DNA from: Piromyces finnis finn
Lineage: Eukaryota > Fungi > Neocallimastigomycota
Assembly: GCA_002104945.1 (NCBI GenBank)
Contig: MCFH01000008.1
Location: 434,001 to 498,000 of the forward strand
Direction of reading: 5' to 3'
Length of the DNA stretch: 64,000 nucleotides
The notes under the pieces were generated by a model. That model was not told where the DNA came from, searched no databases, and worked only from the letters and a program-made list of their open reading frames with translations. Of the stretch, positions 48,061-60,926 are shown in pieces; positions within the stretch are counted from its first letter, which is position 1; every line of letters starts with the position of its first letter. Made by a program: the position numbers and the translations under genes.

Positions 48061-51000
48061 AGGAACTTTTATGCTTCAAAAAATGAACTTTTTTTTTTAA
48101 TCTTTTAATCCAACTTTAAATTTCATCATTAGAAAAAAAAATATAATAAAAAGGTTTCATTTTTAATTACCCATCATTACTAATCAGTAATTATCTAAGA
48201 AGAAGCTTAAAAAAATAATATTTTTTTTTATTCATAGGTATCTTAGATAAATCAATAAAATGTACAAAATCACTTTTAAAAAAAAAGTAACAACATAGCA
48301 ATATATAAATGGAATCATAAACATCAAATAAATCAATTATATTTATAATAATAATTAAATAATACGGTATATTTAATTTATAAAATATAAAGCCATAATA
48401 ATAACAATAATAATTTAATTTATAAATATTAAAAATTAATTGTAATAATAAATTATTATATATAAACCTATAATTTAAAAAAAAAATAGTAATAATTATT
48501 AATAGTGTTTTATACTAATAATAATTATTGTTTAAACCTTTTTTTACAATAAAAACAAAAAAAATAAAAATAAAAAAAATAAAAAAAACTTAAGTTTTGA
48601 ATTGTTATTGTATAGTTTATACCAGAATATAATTTACATAATTTATATATATATTTATGATAGTTAATAAGAATGCCTTTTTTTTTTTAATCTAATCAAA
48701 GTGATTAAATTTTAAATATAATAATTAGTATTTTTTTTTAAAAAAATAAATTGATATTTTCATTTAACATTATCTATGTTATATCTATAAATGATAACAT
48801 ACTTTAATATCAAATATATTGATTTCAAGTTAAAAAAACAACCCACTATACAACTATAAAAATTGAAATGAAATATATATATTTAAAGTTTTTAGTAAAA
48901 ATAAGAAAAATTTATTTGGTGGAAAGCAGAAAAAAAAAAGATTATTTCAAAATATTCATTTTAATATTTTATCCTAAAAAAAAAATCTGGTAAGGGAAGA
49001 ATTTCTTCTGATATAAAAGCATCCTGGACATTCTATAATTTTTACTATTAATTGGAATTAGTAATGGTTTAATATTATTACTAATTAAAAATTTAATATT
49101 TAATAAAGATATTCTAGAGTAGGTATTTACTTTATATGAATAATAAAAAAAAGAAGTAAAATTAATTTATCATAAATATCTTTTATATTAACGTAAAAAA
49201 ATAATATTGAGATAATTATTATTATCATGAATTTTTTTCAATTTTTTTTTTTTTTTTGCAAAATCTCCAATAAAGTTTAAAATTAATTAGAGTAAACTTT
49301 AATTTTTTTTTTTTTTAATTTAAAGGTAAAATATAAAATAAGAGAATTTTTTATTGAGAATTTATAGTAAAATAAAGATAAGAATGAAAATGAATTCCAA
49401 TATTAATTTTTTAACTTGGCTTCAAATAGTATAGCCATAGGTATATTTATTTTATTATTGTTATTATTACTATTCTTCTTCTTCTTCTTCTTATTACTAT
49501 TTAATAGTTAAGATGTTTTGTGTCACATGGTTTATTCTTTTACAGACTCACGTGTTATACAGTATAATATTGGCACTTTTTCTACGGTGCATAGAAATAA
49601 TATTGTTTAATTTATTTTTGAAAATTTCCCATATAAATAATAAAATGTTTATTAATATACAACTTATTAATAAATTAGTTTTACCATATTAATATTTAAT
49701 TCTTTTTTTAAAACATATTATAATATAATTCTTTTTTAAATAATTCTCAAAGGAAATATCACCGTTTGAAAAATTACTTTTTTATCATATGAATAAAGTT
49801 AAAAATATTTAAGATTAAATTAATCATAATGCAATCTAATAAAGTAATATATGAATAAAAAGACTTTAATATATTATGAATTAATTATAATATATTATAA
49901 CACTATTTATTATATAATGATAATTGAATGGCTAAATTTTAATTATAAATATTATAACTAAAAATGCTTAAAAATATTATTATAAAAAAGTGATAAAATA
50001 AAATATTTTAGAAACTAAAATGCTTTATAAAATTTTCATATTTTATCTTTTAAATAGTATTTAATTTAATCTTATTTTTTAATCCTGTTATTATTTATAT
50101 TATTTATATTATTTATATTTGCCATATCGTTCATCATCCCTACATATTATTTTTATGTTTTTATTTTATAATTAAATTTAATTATTATTCTATATTAATT
50201 AATTAACCTACTAAAAAAAGAAATTATATATAAAAAAAAAAGGATGACTTTTAACTTGTAAATGATGATGATCATATTTATTTAAAATTAAATTTTATTA
50301 ACTATTAGTGATAATAATAAAATATATATAGGGGAATATCTTGATTCATTTTATTATTTAATTAAAATCTATTCATCATCACCATTTTTTTTTAAAAAAA
50401 ATTAATTCGTTAATTATCAATTTAATAATAATAAAATTATAATGCAAAAAGGAAAAAAAAAAAAAAAAGTACAAAATAATAATAATACTAAACAATAATA
50501 ATAATATAATTTTTTTTTTTTTTAAAAAATAAAAACAAACATTAAAATAGAAAAAAAGTTACCTTTTTTAAAGTTTTTAAAAAAAAAAAACATTGAATAT
50601 ATTCATTTTAATATTTATTTTTATTAATAATAATTAATAAATAATATAATAAAAAATACAAAAAATATTTATTTATATCGAAAATATAGAATAATTAGAA
50701 CTTTATATATACAAAAGAATAATTAAACAAATGCAAAATTAATTTTAATCTTTTAATATAACAATTTGTAAATCTGATTTTTAATATTACAGCATTTACA
50801 CTTTTGTACAAATTATATACCTCAATTCAAGATTACAGAAATATATAAAAAATAATAAATCTATTATCTTTCCTAAAGAAATAAATCTATTAATTTATTT
50901 AAAGTAAAAGTTTAATAGAAAAAAAAAAAAAGCAATTTCAAATATAAATTTCATAAATATAGAATAAAAAAAGAATTAAATAATAAATATAAATTAAAAT

Positions 51001-51211
51001 TATATAAATGTATTAAAATTACTGAAAATAAAGGATAATAATAATAATAAATATTTAGAATTATTTAAAAGATAATTACCATAATTCATATATTAATAAA
51101 AAATAATATTATTAATTAACATTTCTCGGTAAATAATATATAAGTACATATATATTTTTTTGAATTAAAATTAATATTTATTTATGATTTTAATAATTCA
51201 ATAAATAGAAA

Positions 51212-51578
51212 ATGAAAAAAAATATAATAGATATAAAAATAATACTGCTCTTTATATCAGTATGGATTTCGTTGATTAGAGCAGACAATATAAGAATTCC
51301 TTCTTTAACATGGGAAAAAGTTAATGTTATCACAAATGTCGGTGAAGATTTACCTGAAGAAAGAAAAGATTATGCTGTTGGGTATTATCCTGACCAAAAT
51401 GAAATTATTATTTATGGTGGAAGGTAAGAAAAAAAAAATTGGATAGAATAATAATCCTTGAGAAATTTACTTTTGAATTTGTAAAATTATATATTTTAAA
51501 ATAATTTCTGTTTATTGGGTATAAATATATAACACAACAAGATTAATATATATAGCAAATGATAATTGAATAATAATG

Positions 51579-51609
<31 letters not shown>

Positions 51610-54600
51610 AACTAGTAAAAATCTATAATATTTATATTAGTAATAAATAAATGAGCAACTATTTGAATTTGAATTTTTATATATATTATTTAATCTTTAA
51701 ATATATAAAATATTAATATTAATTATGCTATTTATTATAGAACCTTTGATAATAGAGTATTAAGTGATACATGGATATTTAATATTTCCAGTGGCTCATG
51801 GAGGAAACCAGCACTTGTTAATAGTGAAATAGATATACATCCTCCAGGTCGTTATAGTATGGTCTATGGTAGTGACCAACCTCCATCTAATTCTTATCGT
51901 AACACATTTGTTATTACTGGTGGTAAGGGTTCTGATGATACCATTTATAACGATGTATGGAGTTTTGATTTTATTAGAGAATGCTGGGTTGAATTAAAAG
52001 CTACAGGTAATAATAATAATACAAAAAAATTAACATTAAAATAATAGATAAATTAAAATATTATTGAATTAAACAAAATTGAAAAACATTTGTAATTTTT
52101 AATATTAAATATTATATTATTGTTCATACATAATATAGGTGATATTCCAGAACCAAGATATAATGCGGTTGGTGGAATTGATTTAACAAAGTTTTCACAT
52201 TTAAATCAATTATCAACAGTTTATTTAATATATAGTCATGGTAGAAATGATTCAAAGTATTTTACTGATACTTATATATTAAAATTAGATGGTAGAAGTC
52301 AACAAGGTGATTATTCAAAATTAACTGCAGAATGGAAAAAATTAAATACCAAAAATGCACCAGAATTGAAAGATGGCGTCACTGCTAATGTTCTTTCAAA
52401 TGATCGTTTAGTAGTATTTGGAGGATGTGAAGAAAATAAAGGAAATTGTAATGAAAAGGGATATTTACTGGATGTTAATTTTGATTATTATAGAACACAA
52501 GTGGAACCAGAAGCAAGTTGGAGTGAACTTAGTAATGGTTGTATTAGACCAAAAGCATATGCTGCTTCTGCTAGAGGTTCAGATGAATCCGTGACCGATT
52601 TAAATGAAAATGATCGATTAATAATTTTTGGTGGTATAACTGAGGGTAAATATGGTAAAGATGCTGATGGTGAAATTTCAATTTTTGATATGGATAAGGT
52701 AATAATTTATTTTTATTGTAATTTTCAAATATTTTATTTTTAATTTTATTATATATGTTTATTATTATATATTAACATTTTATTTATATTATTAAATAAA
52801 TATAAACAGAGAAAATTCTTTGGTGTTCAACCTTCTTCTAAAAGCAATGAATTTCCAAAAACTTCTAAAGGTGCAAAAATGATTGCTACTCCAAAAAGTA
52901 GTTCTAATAATGGATTTTCAATCATTTTATATGGTGGTGAACCTTTAACTAAGGAGGATTCTTGGTCTACAAATGTTTGGAAGCTTGATGTTTCAAATGT
53001 GTTTTCTTACTATCCAACTCCACCAGAAGGTGTCACCATGACTGATTGTTACACAATTCAAGAAGATATTAATAAAGATGATGCTGTATTTGATGGATCT
53101 AGTGTTAAAAAAGAAAGTGTTTTATCTTTAATCACATTCATTTTAGCCTATTTAATTGTTGTACCAGTATTAGTGAATACTTCATGGGCATTAAATTGCT
53201 TTACAAATAAATGGAAAATTACATTTTTTGTATTGGGATCATTGAGTTTATTATTAATTATACTTAACCTTGCAATTTCATCCAATATTAATAATAAATC
53301 AACTGTTTATATTATGAAATATATCATTATCGGTTTCTTATTAATATTTTTAATTTTTCCATTGATTCGTCCGAAACAACCAGCTATTGATTTTAATCAA
53401 GGAGAAGTTAATGCAGCAGGTGTACCAGTGGCTTCAAATGGTAACAAGATTTTAAAAAATAAAAAAGGATATAAAGAAGGTACCTCTTCTTCCTCATTAT
53501 TGATTGAAAACTCAATAAAAGAAAGGGCAAATACAGCAGCAACAGATATTAATATTGATAATGAAAGTACCAATACTGCTAATCATTTAAAGAAATTGGT
53601 AATTGATCAAAATTATAGAGATATGGATAGAAACGAAACTAATAAAAGTGACTCTTATATTTCACCGATCTATATTAATCCTAATGTTAAAGAAGAAGCT
53701 GGGGATGATGATTCTGATATTTCTGAAGTTGAGGATGAAGATCAAGTTATTAAAAAGAAATATCTTTCTCGTGCTAATTTGTGGTTAACTTTGCTAAGAG
53801 GAATTGGTTTATTATTATTAGTTTGCTGCATTACTCTTGTTCTTTTATACACTTTTTGGAATCAATCAAGATTGTATAATTACAAAATAGTAGTATATAT
53901 CTGGTTAGTTATTGTCATTTTATTATATGTCGGATCTATTGTATTTTCACGTATGACACATTCTACTTCAGCTCTTTTACATGTTAAACGTATATCATTT
54001 AGACCTAGTGAGCCATTAGAACCAAACCCTGTCAGTCCTTCTTGGGAAGTTTCAAACGATCAAATAAAACACTACAGTATGAGTGAAACTAGTGCCTATG
54101 ATGATATTGGTAATGTTTCTAATTATTCTCAAAGTGTTAAGAACTTTAATCATATAAGTAGACCACAAAGCGTTGCTGCTACTAATGCACCTGACATTGG
54201 TGGAGGTAGTAGTGCTTCTAGCATATCCATTCCTCCATCCATTCCCCCATTACCCATTAATGCTGTATATATGAATAATAATGGTCTTTTCTCCATTCAG
54301 TCCAACTATAATCAACAAACTCAAAACCAATCGCCAACTTCCTCATTATTGAATCCATCCCTTGATCCAAGCATTTATAAAGCATCAGAAATGACAAATA
54401 TTCCTGCATCGTCATCTGATTATCCATCTTTTAAGGATATGAATTTCAATGTAAATTCGAATATGATGCCATTGTCCAATTTAAATCAAGCTTCTTCATC
54501 CATAGCACCTTCTCCTCTTATTGTTACTAATCGTGTTAATAATGAAAGAACATTACCTATAAATAATTCAGTTGCTACCTTTAATAATCCAAGTCCAGAA

Positions 54601-54825
54601 TCACAAGCACAACTTATTCCAAATAATATAAGTCAAAGTTCATCTGATAATTCTGATAATTCTTCACCACTCTTGGAAGAATCTCCAATCCAAATTAATA
54701 CGGTGGATCAAGAAGTTTCTTTTGATTTCCCACAACGTAATAATACTATTGAAAATATGAATAATAAAGAAGTAATGATGGTTATGACTGTCCCAAAAAG
54801 AAAATTAACTGTTGTTAATTTATAA
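51212..54825 (+). CDS. Signal-peptide, kelch/beta-propeller ectodomain, ~5-TM membrane protein with a Ser/Pro/Asn-rich cytoplasmic tail
   Basis: Four exons (51212-51423, 51741-~52006, ~52138-52698, ~52810-54825). Hydrophobic leader IILLFISVWISLIRA. Kelch-type GG...W repeats (IIIYGGR...SDTWIF; FVITGGKG...NDVWSF; LVVFGGC; LIIFGGI; IILYGGE...NVWKL). 3+2 hydrophobic helices. Confidence 0.85.
51576..51609. repeat. Short (GATAAT)n repeat in intron 1 of the kelch gene
   Basis: Directly visible tandem GATAAT units. Confidence 0.8.
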
Positions 54826-55648
54826 GAGAAATAACCGTATTATTTCACTTTAATAAGAATAAAAAAATAATAATAAATAAATAAGAAAAAAAAAAAGTAA
54901 AAATAAAATTATAAAGTATTCATAATATTAAAATTTTAAATTAAAATCGAATTTCAAACACAACAATAATAAAATAATAATCAATTCAACAATTTCAATT
55001 ATAATTCTATGATATTTTTATTTATTTATCATTTTTATTTTTATTTTATTTATTTATTTTTTTTTTTTTTTTGTCTATATCAATAAGATGTATAGAATAT
55101 ATGCTACCTTTTTTTTTATTTATTTATAAATTATATAGATTTCATTAATTAATTATAAACATTAAATAAATATATATTGAGAAAGAAAAAATAAAAAAAA
55201 AAACTTGATCTAAATATCAATTAAATATTATTATTATTAATATTATTATTATAAGTTAAAGATTTTTCTTTCTTTCTTTTTTTTTTTTAGTATTATTTTA
55301 ATAATAAAAAAAAAAAGTCATATAATAAAAAGTATAATTTGTTTAAAAAACAAAAGCATTATAATATTAATTAATATTAATTCTTATGTTTTTTAAATAT
55401 AATTGTCTGTTTTTTTTTTTTTTTTTTTTAACTTGTTTTCCCTAATAATAATAATAATAGTAAAAAAAAAGTTTGTGGTTTATTAAATTATTGATAAAAA
55501 ATTTTGATTTGTCGGATCAGATAATCTTATTAATAATTTAATCATTAATCGCTTTTTTTTTTTTTTTTTTACCAAAAATTATTTTAGTATAAATAAATAA
55601 ATATATAAAGTTATATATATATATTTTAATAAAAAGAGTTTTAAAAAA

Positions 55649-56639
55649 ATGACTGAACAAATTGAGAAAAAGATTAAATATATTGACAGTCACTGTCATA
55701 TTAATTCTACTTTAAAAGAAAGCAAAATTGAAGTCACACTTGAAGAATGGGAAAAATTTTCTAAAACTTTTCCAGATAGTTTTGAAAGTTGTATAAACGT
55801 TAATTTTACTCCAGAACTTATTGAATTCGGAAAGATTTTTACTAGAAATACAGATAATGTTTACAGTGCTGTTGGTATTCATCCATTAAATGCTGATTTA
55901 TGGTCAGAAGATGTAAAAAAGACTATTATTGAAATGAAAAAAGAAGACGATGATGCTTGTAAGGATAACATTAAGGATACTCCAAATCGTATTGTTGGTA
56001 TTGGTGAATGCGGTTTAGATTATTCTCATTGGAATAAAATTGAAAAAGATATTCAAAAATCGGCTTTTATTGAACAAATAAAATTGGCTCATCAACTTAA
56101 TTTAACTCTTGTTATTCATACTCGTGAAGCTGAAGTTGATACTTGGGAAATTTTTGAAGAATATCTCCCAAAAGATCTTAATGTTCATATTCACTGTTTT
56201 ACTGGTACAAAGGAATTTACAAGTAAAGTTCTCGAAAAATATCCAAATGTCTATTTTGGTTTTACTGGTGTATGTACTTTTAAGAGTGCTAAAAGTATTA
56301 GAGAATCTATGGCTGTTGTACCTTTAGATCGTATTGTTGTAGAAACTGATTCACCATGTAAGTGTTTATTATAGCATACTATTTTTCTTTATATTAATTA
56401 TGTAGTTTCAATTAGAATAGTCAAAAAGATATAAAATTTTATTTTTTTTAAAAAGTTCAAGTTTCTCATATTATATTTATTATAATATAGATTTAGCCCC
56501 TGTCCCATTTAGAGGTAAAATTAGTAACTCAGGAATGATACCACATACCATAAAAGTTATGGCCGAGACAATGAATATTACAGAAGAAGAAATGTTTGAG
56601 CATTGTTATGAAAATACTAAAAGATTATACAAGCTTTAA
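55649..56639 (+). CDS. TatD-family metal-dependent DNase
   Basis: Two exons (55649-~56357, ~56491-56639). Motifs IDSHCH, VGIHP, GECGLDY, IHTREA, HCFTG, ETDSP/YLAPVPFRGK. Confidence 0.95.
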
Positions 56640-57110
56640 ATTCTGTAATATCCATTCAAAAAGATATTGCCAAAAAAAAAATAATTTTTACTCATAATTA
56701 TTATAAAATGATATACTTTTATTAAATTATATCATTAAATTCGTAAATATCAATAATCTTAATTTATATATTAGACATTTTTTATTTATTCATATAGTAA
56801 ACTATTTATTTGTAAAAAGAACATTAATACAACAAGCATAATTAATAAACCGATTCGATTGCCACAATAATATAGAATATAAATTTTATATTATTGTGGT
56901 AGTATAATAATATAACACAAATACTTTTTTTTTTTTATGAAATCCTATTTGAAATTATAGGGAAATTGTTGAAAAATAAAAAATATATTATCTATTTAAT
57001 TATTTTTTAAAGTTTATTTTTGAATGCGTTATGAATAAAATTTTTTAAAGGTTCTTAACAATATTGGTATATTAAAGAGGGAATACATGGTTAAAAACGT
57101 GATATTAAAT

Positions 57111-57246
57111 TTATTCCATTCCTTTAATTATTAAATTTTCAAATTCTTGGTAAGTAATCTATAAAAAAAAAATTATAATAAATAATAGATTAATACTTTA
57201 TAGACTTTATAGACTCGTTTTAAGGTTTAATAGCTAGAATAAATAA

Positions 57247-57279
<33 letters not shown>

Positions 57280-58225
57280 TTTTATGAATTTAATTATTAC
57301 CTTTCCTTTTTTTTTTTTATCAATTTGAAAAAAATATTTCATTGCTACAGTTTTATCCATAAATGGTACTACTTTTTCAATAATTTCTAAAAAATTTTCT
57401 AGAGAAATATATCCTTGACCTTGTTTAAAAATTTATTAGTTTTTTGGTTTAAAAAAAAAATATTTAATTCTCTCTTCACACACACACATATATATATGTA
57501 TTATGGTATATAAAAGAAACTATAATTTACTTTTATTATCCATTGCAATAAACATTTGGTTAATTTTACTTTCTCTACTTTGAAAATGAAATTTATCTGC
57601 CATTAAATTACAAAATAATTCAAAATTTACACCTATTTACACAGAATTATAAAAACGCCAATGCATATAAAACAATAATTATCTTGTTTAGAAATTTTAA
57701 AAAGCATCCTTTAAAAAAATTATATTTAAAATTATTTACATTTTTTTTCAAAAGGCCAATTTTCATTAATAACAGAAATTTCATACTTGAATATATATAT
57801 ATATATTTAAAAATAAGAAAGCTATCAATATTATTTTCTTTATAAAAAATAAAATATTATTGACTTTCAAACGAAACCTTTGAAGGTTTATAACCCCATA
57901 ATGCTACATATGCTATTTTAAAGTCGTTTTTTGTTAAAAAACCTTTCTTTTCATTGTCTGCATAATTAAATGCCTTTTTTTTTTAATAACCATAAAATAT
58001 ATAAAAAGATGACTTTTTAATAAAAACAAATTAAATTACATAATTTAATATAGATTTTAAAATATTAACAGGATAAAAACTATTTATTAGTTTAATAATA
58101 TATATATTCTTAATATTGATATAAATTGAAATTACATTCTCTATATTTAAAAATTGTTCATTTGTTAAAATATGAGAAGTTTTTATTAACGATTCTTTTT
58201 TTTCGTTGTTTAAATATTCTTGCAT
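57111..58225 (-). CDS. EFCAB11-like EF-hand protein (166 aa), split over six small exons
   Basis: Exons 58225-58136, 57973-57878, 57785-57740, 57632-57531, 57419-57301, 57158-57111; every junction is GT..AG and phase-consistent. Contains AFNYADNEKKGFLTKNDLKIAYVALWGYKPSKYE, resembling the EFCAB11 signature D...KGYLSREDxK.A...LFGYKPSK, plus QMFIAMDNKSQGYISLENF and FQIDKKKKGKITYQEF. Confidence 0.88.
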
Positions 58226-60926
58226 TTTTATAGATATTCTTGTTTTGATTTTATATTACTGTTAAAAAATGAAAAAAAAAAAAAAAAAAAAAAACTTTAA
58301 TAATTGATTTCTAATTTGCATCAAGTAACTCTTCCGTTTTTTATGGTTTTTAGTTTTATAAAAAAAATTAAATAAAATAAAAATGTATACATTATATGTA
58401 ATATATTACATTTATATATTTTTTAATTTAACTATAATAAGAAGTAAATGTATAAATAAATATATTCTAAATAAAGCATTAATAAATTCAAATGAATAAA
58501 TATAATATAAGCTTAAATAAAATTTTAATTTGGTATTAACCAAACATCTAAAAGTATAATTAAATAAAAAAAAAAATAACCAGAATTTATTATTCAATTC
58601 ATGCTTTGTTATTATGTACTAGTTTATAATAATTTTTCATGCAATATCTTATTTTACTAACTTTTAAAAACAACCGATCCTTTTTTTTTTTTTTTACTAT
58701 ATTAACAGTTTTTTTTTTTTTTTTTTTTGAATTAATATTATATATATTGATTTTAATATATGATTATTTTTAAGTAATTTTTTTTATAAGTAATCCATTT
58801 AATGTAATATATTTTTAATAAAATATAATATATTTAATTTTATATAAAATTTTATATTTATATATATATAAATTAATTTAATATTTATTTATTAATGATT
58901 ATCTTTTTTTTTCTTTATTTCTTTTTTTTTTTTTTTACCTAATAACTTTAAAAAGCTTTTGAAATTATATTAGTTACCTTTTTATTATTTTTTTTTTATT
59001 AATAATAATATCGCATTTATTTTAAGTTTTAAAATATATTATTATTTAATTATTATTAAGTATATGCCCATCAATAAATTAATATTTTTAAATTATTAAA
59101 TAAATAAATTTAAATTAACATTAATTATTGATGTACAAATATTATTTTTAAGAATTATTTTATTATGGTAATGATTATAAAACACTTTTTTTATTATTAT
59201 TATTTTAAAAGATAAATAAATATTGTATATTATTACAAAAATGGATGGCAGGATATATAACAATTTATCTCAGTGCTAAAACATAGTATTAATAAAGTAG
59301 AAAATAAAAACTAGATTGAAAATAATTAATAATCAGAAAGAAAAAAAAAAGGGAGTAAATTATGGATGAAATAAAAATTTACAATTAATAGACTGAAATT
59401 TTATAATATTATAACCCATCTTTTTTTCGACAATATCATAGAATTTCCAAAAAATAATTACAAGGATAAACTTTCAGCGGCATATGTTATATGTATATTT
59501 ATCAACAATATGCATATATAAAAGTTATCTATGATCGAAAAAAAAGGATGAATCAGTAGATGAATTATAGTTAGATCTAATACTATTACTTTTTATTTTA
59601 ATTCTTTTATTTATTTATATTGATTATTTAAAAAATTATTATTATACCTTAAATATTTTTTTCTATAATTATTATTTTATTAACTTTTATTTTTCTTATT
59701 TTTTCTTTTCATTTTAACATTTTTTATATTTAAAATCAATTAAAACTTTCTTTATCATTTCAAAACTTTATGATTGAAATTTAAACCTTTTTATTTGAAA
59801 ACTTTTGTTATCTAAAATAATTACTTTTTAAAAAATAAAAAAGAAAATACTTTTTTATACTTCATTATTATAATTGAAAATTTATAAAGAGTTATTTATA
59901 TTTTTTATTTTTAGTTGTAATTATTTAAGGGTAGGTAATTATTATTTTTTATTAAATATTATGATTATTAATTTATGTTGAGCTAGAATTTTATTTTATT
60001 TTAAATATAAGAAAGAGAATAGAAAGATAATTTCCATTTTAATAGAAAATATTATATATATCATTTAATTTTTTTTATAAAACTATAAATATTCTCTATT
60101 TTTTATCATTTTAAAATAAATAAAAAAAAATTTTAAATTTTTTTTTAAAAAAATAAATTAAAAGAAAAGTAATATATATTATTGATCATAACAATAACGT
60201 CATCAAATATTATTTGATCAAGAATTTCAAAAAGTATAAAAATCAATCTAATAAAAATTAAATTTTCAATAAAATTTCATAAATATTTACGAAATAAAAA
60301 AAATAATTGATCAAATATAATAATCAAAGAATTAATATGCAATAAAATAGAAATTACATAGTTCTAGAAATTTAAATTTTTTTTAATAGAAAGAAAAATA
60401 GATTAAACCAAATATAGATAAGTAATTCCCGATTAAGTAAATATATAAAGTAAATATGTCTTCAACGTTTTTATAAAAAATAAATTATATTTAAAAAAAT
60501 TATTTTTTAATTTAATTTATTTTCATTATTTGAAACATTATTAATTTTTTATCTGTAACTATGTTACTAAATAAGTCTTTTTTATGATAATATTTTTACA
60601 AGTATTAAAAAAATTTGTTTTCAAAAAGAATTCACCATTTTATATTTTCAATATGAATATATATATATATGAATATGTTAGAGTTTTTAAAATTAATAGT
60701 ATTATTGCAAATATTTACATATTTTCAATAATATAATAAAAAGTATAATGATAATATATTTTACTAACTTCTACTCTATATTTTTCCTATTATATATAAT
60801 ATAGTTCAATATAATATAATAAATAATTGATAATAAATAAATTATTCACTCGTTGATTAAAAGTGTTCGTTAGTAATTGAACAGTATAAACAACGAGACT
60901 CAAACATTACATTTTTATTAAGCAAC

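Noticed and set aside
48985-49040. Minus-strand CPGCF peptide resembling the Rps27 zinc knuckle
   Set aside because: Flanking residues do not match Rps27 and no consistent exon chain was found.
57874-57889. AAACCTT-TG-AAGGTTT hairpin, first considered as an ncRNA element
   Set aside because: It lies across the exon 2/intron 2 junction of the EF-hand gene (...YKPSK|GT) and is explained by coding sequence.
58412-58597. 61-aa minus-strand ORF upstream of the EF-hand gene
   Set aside because: Low-complexity F/L/I/N composition; not needed for the EFCAB11-like model, which has its own ATG at 58225.
59427-59450. Loose resemblance of TCGACAATATCATAGAATTTC to the 5' end of fungal U3 snoRNA
   Set aside because: The box A core (GGATCATTTCTATAG) and boxes B/C/D are not recognisable.
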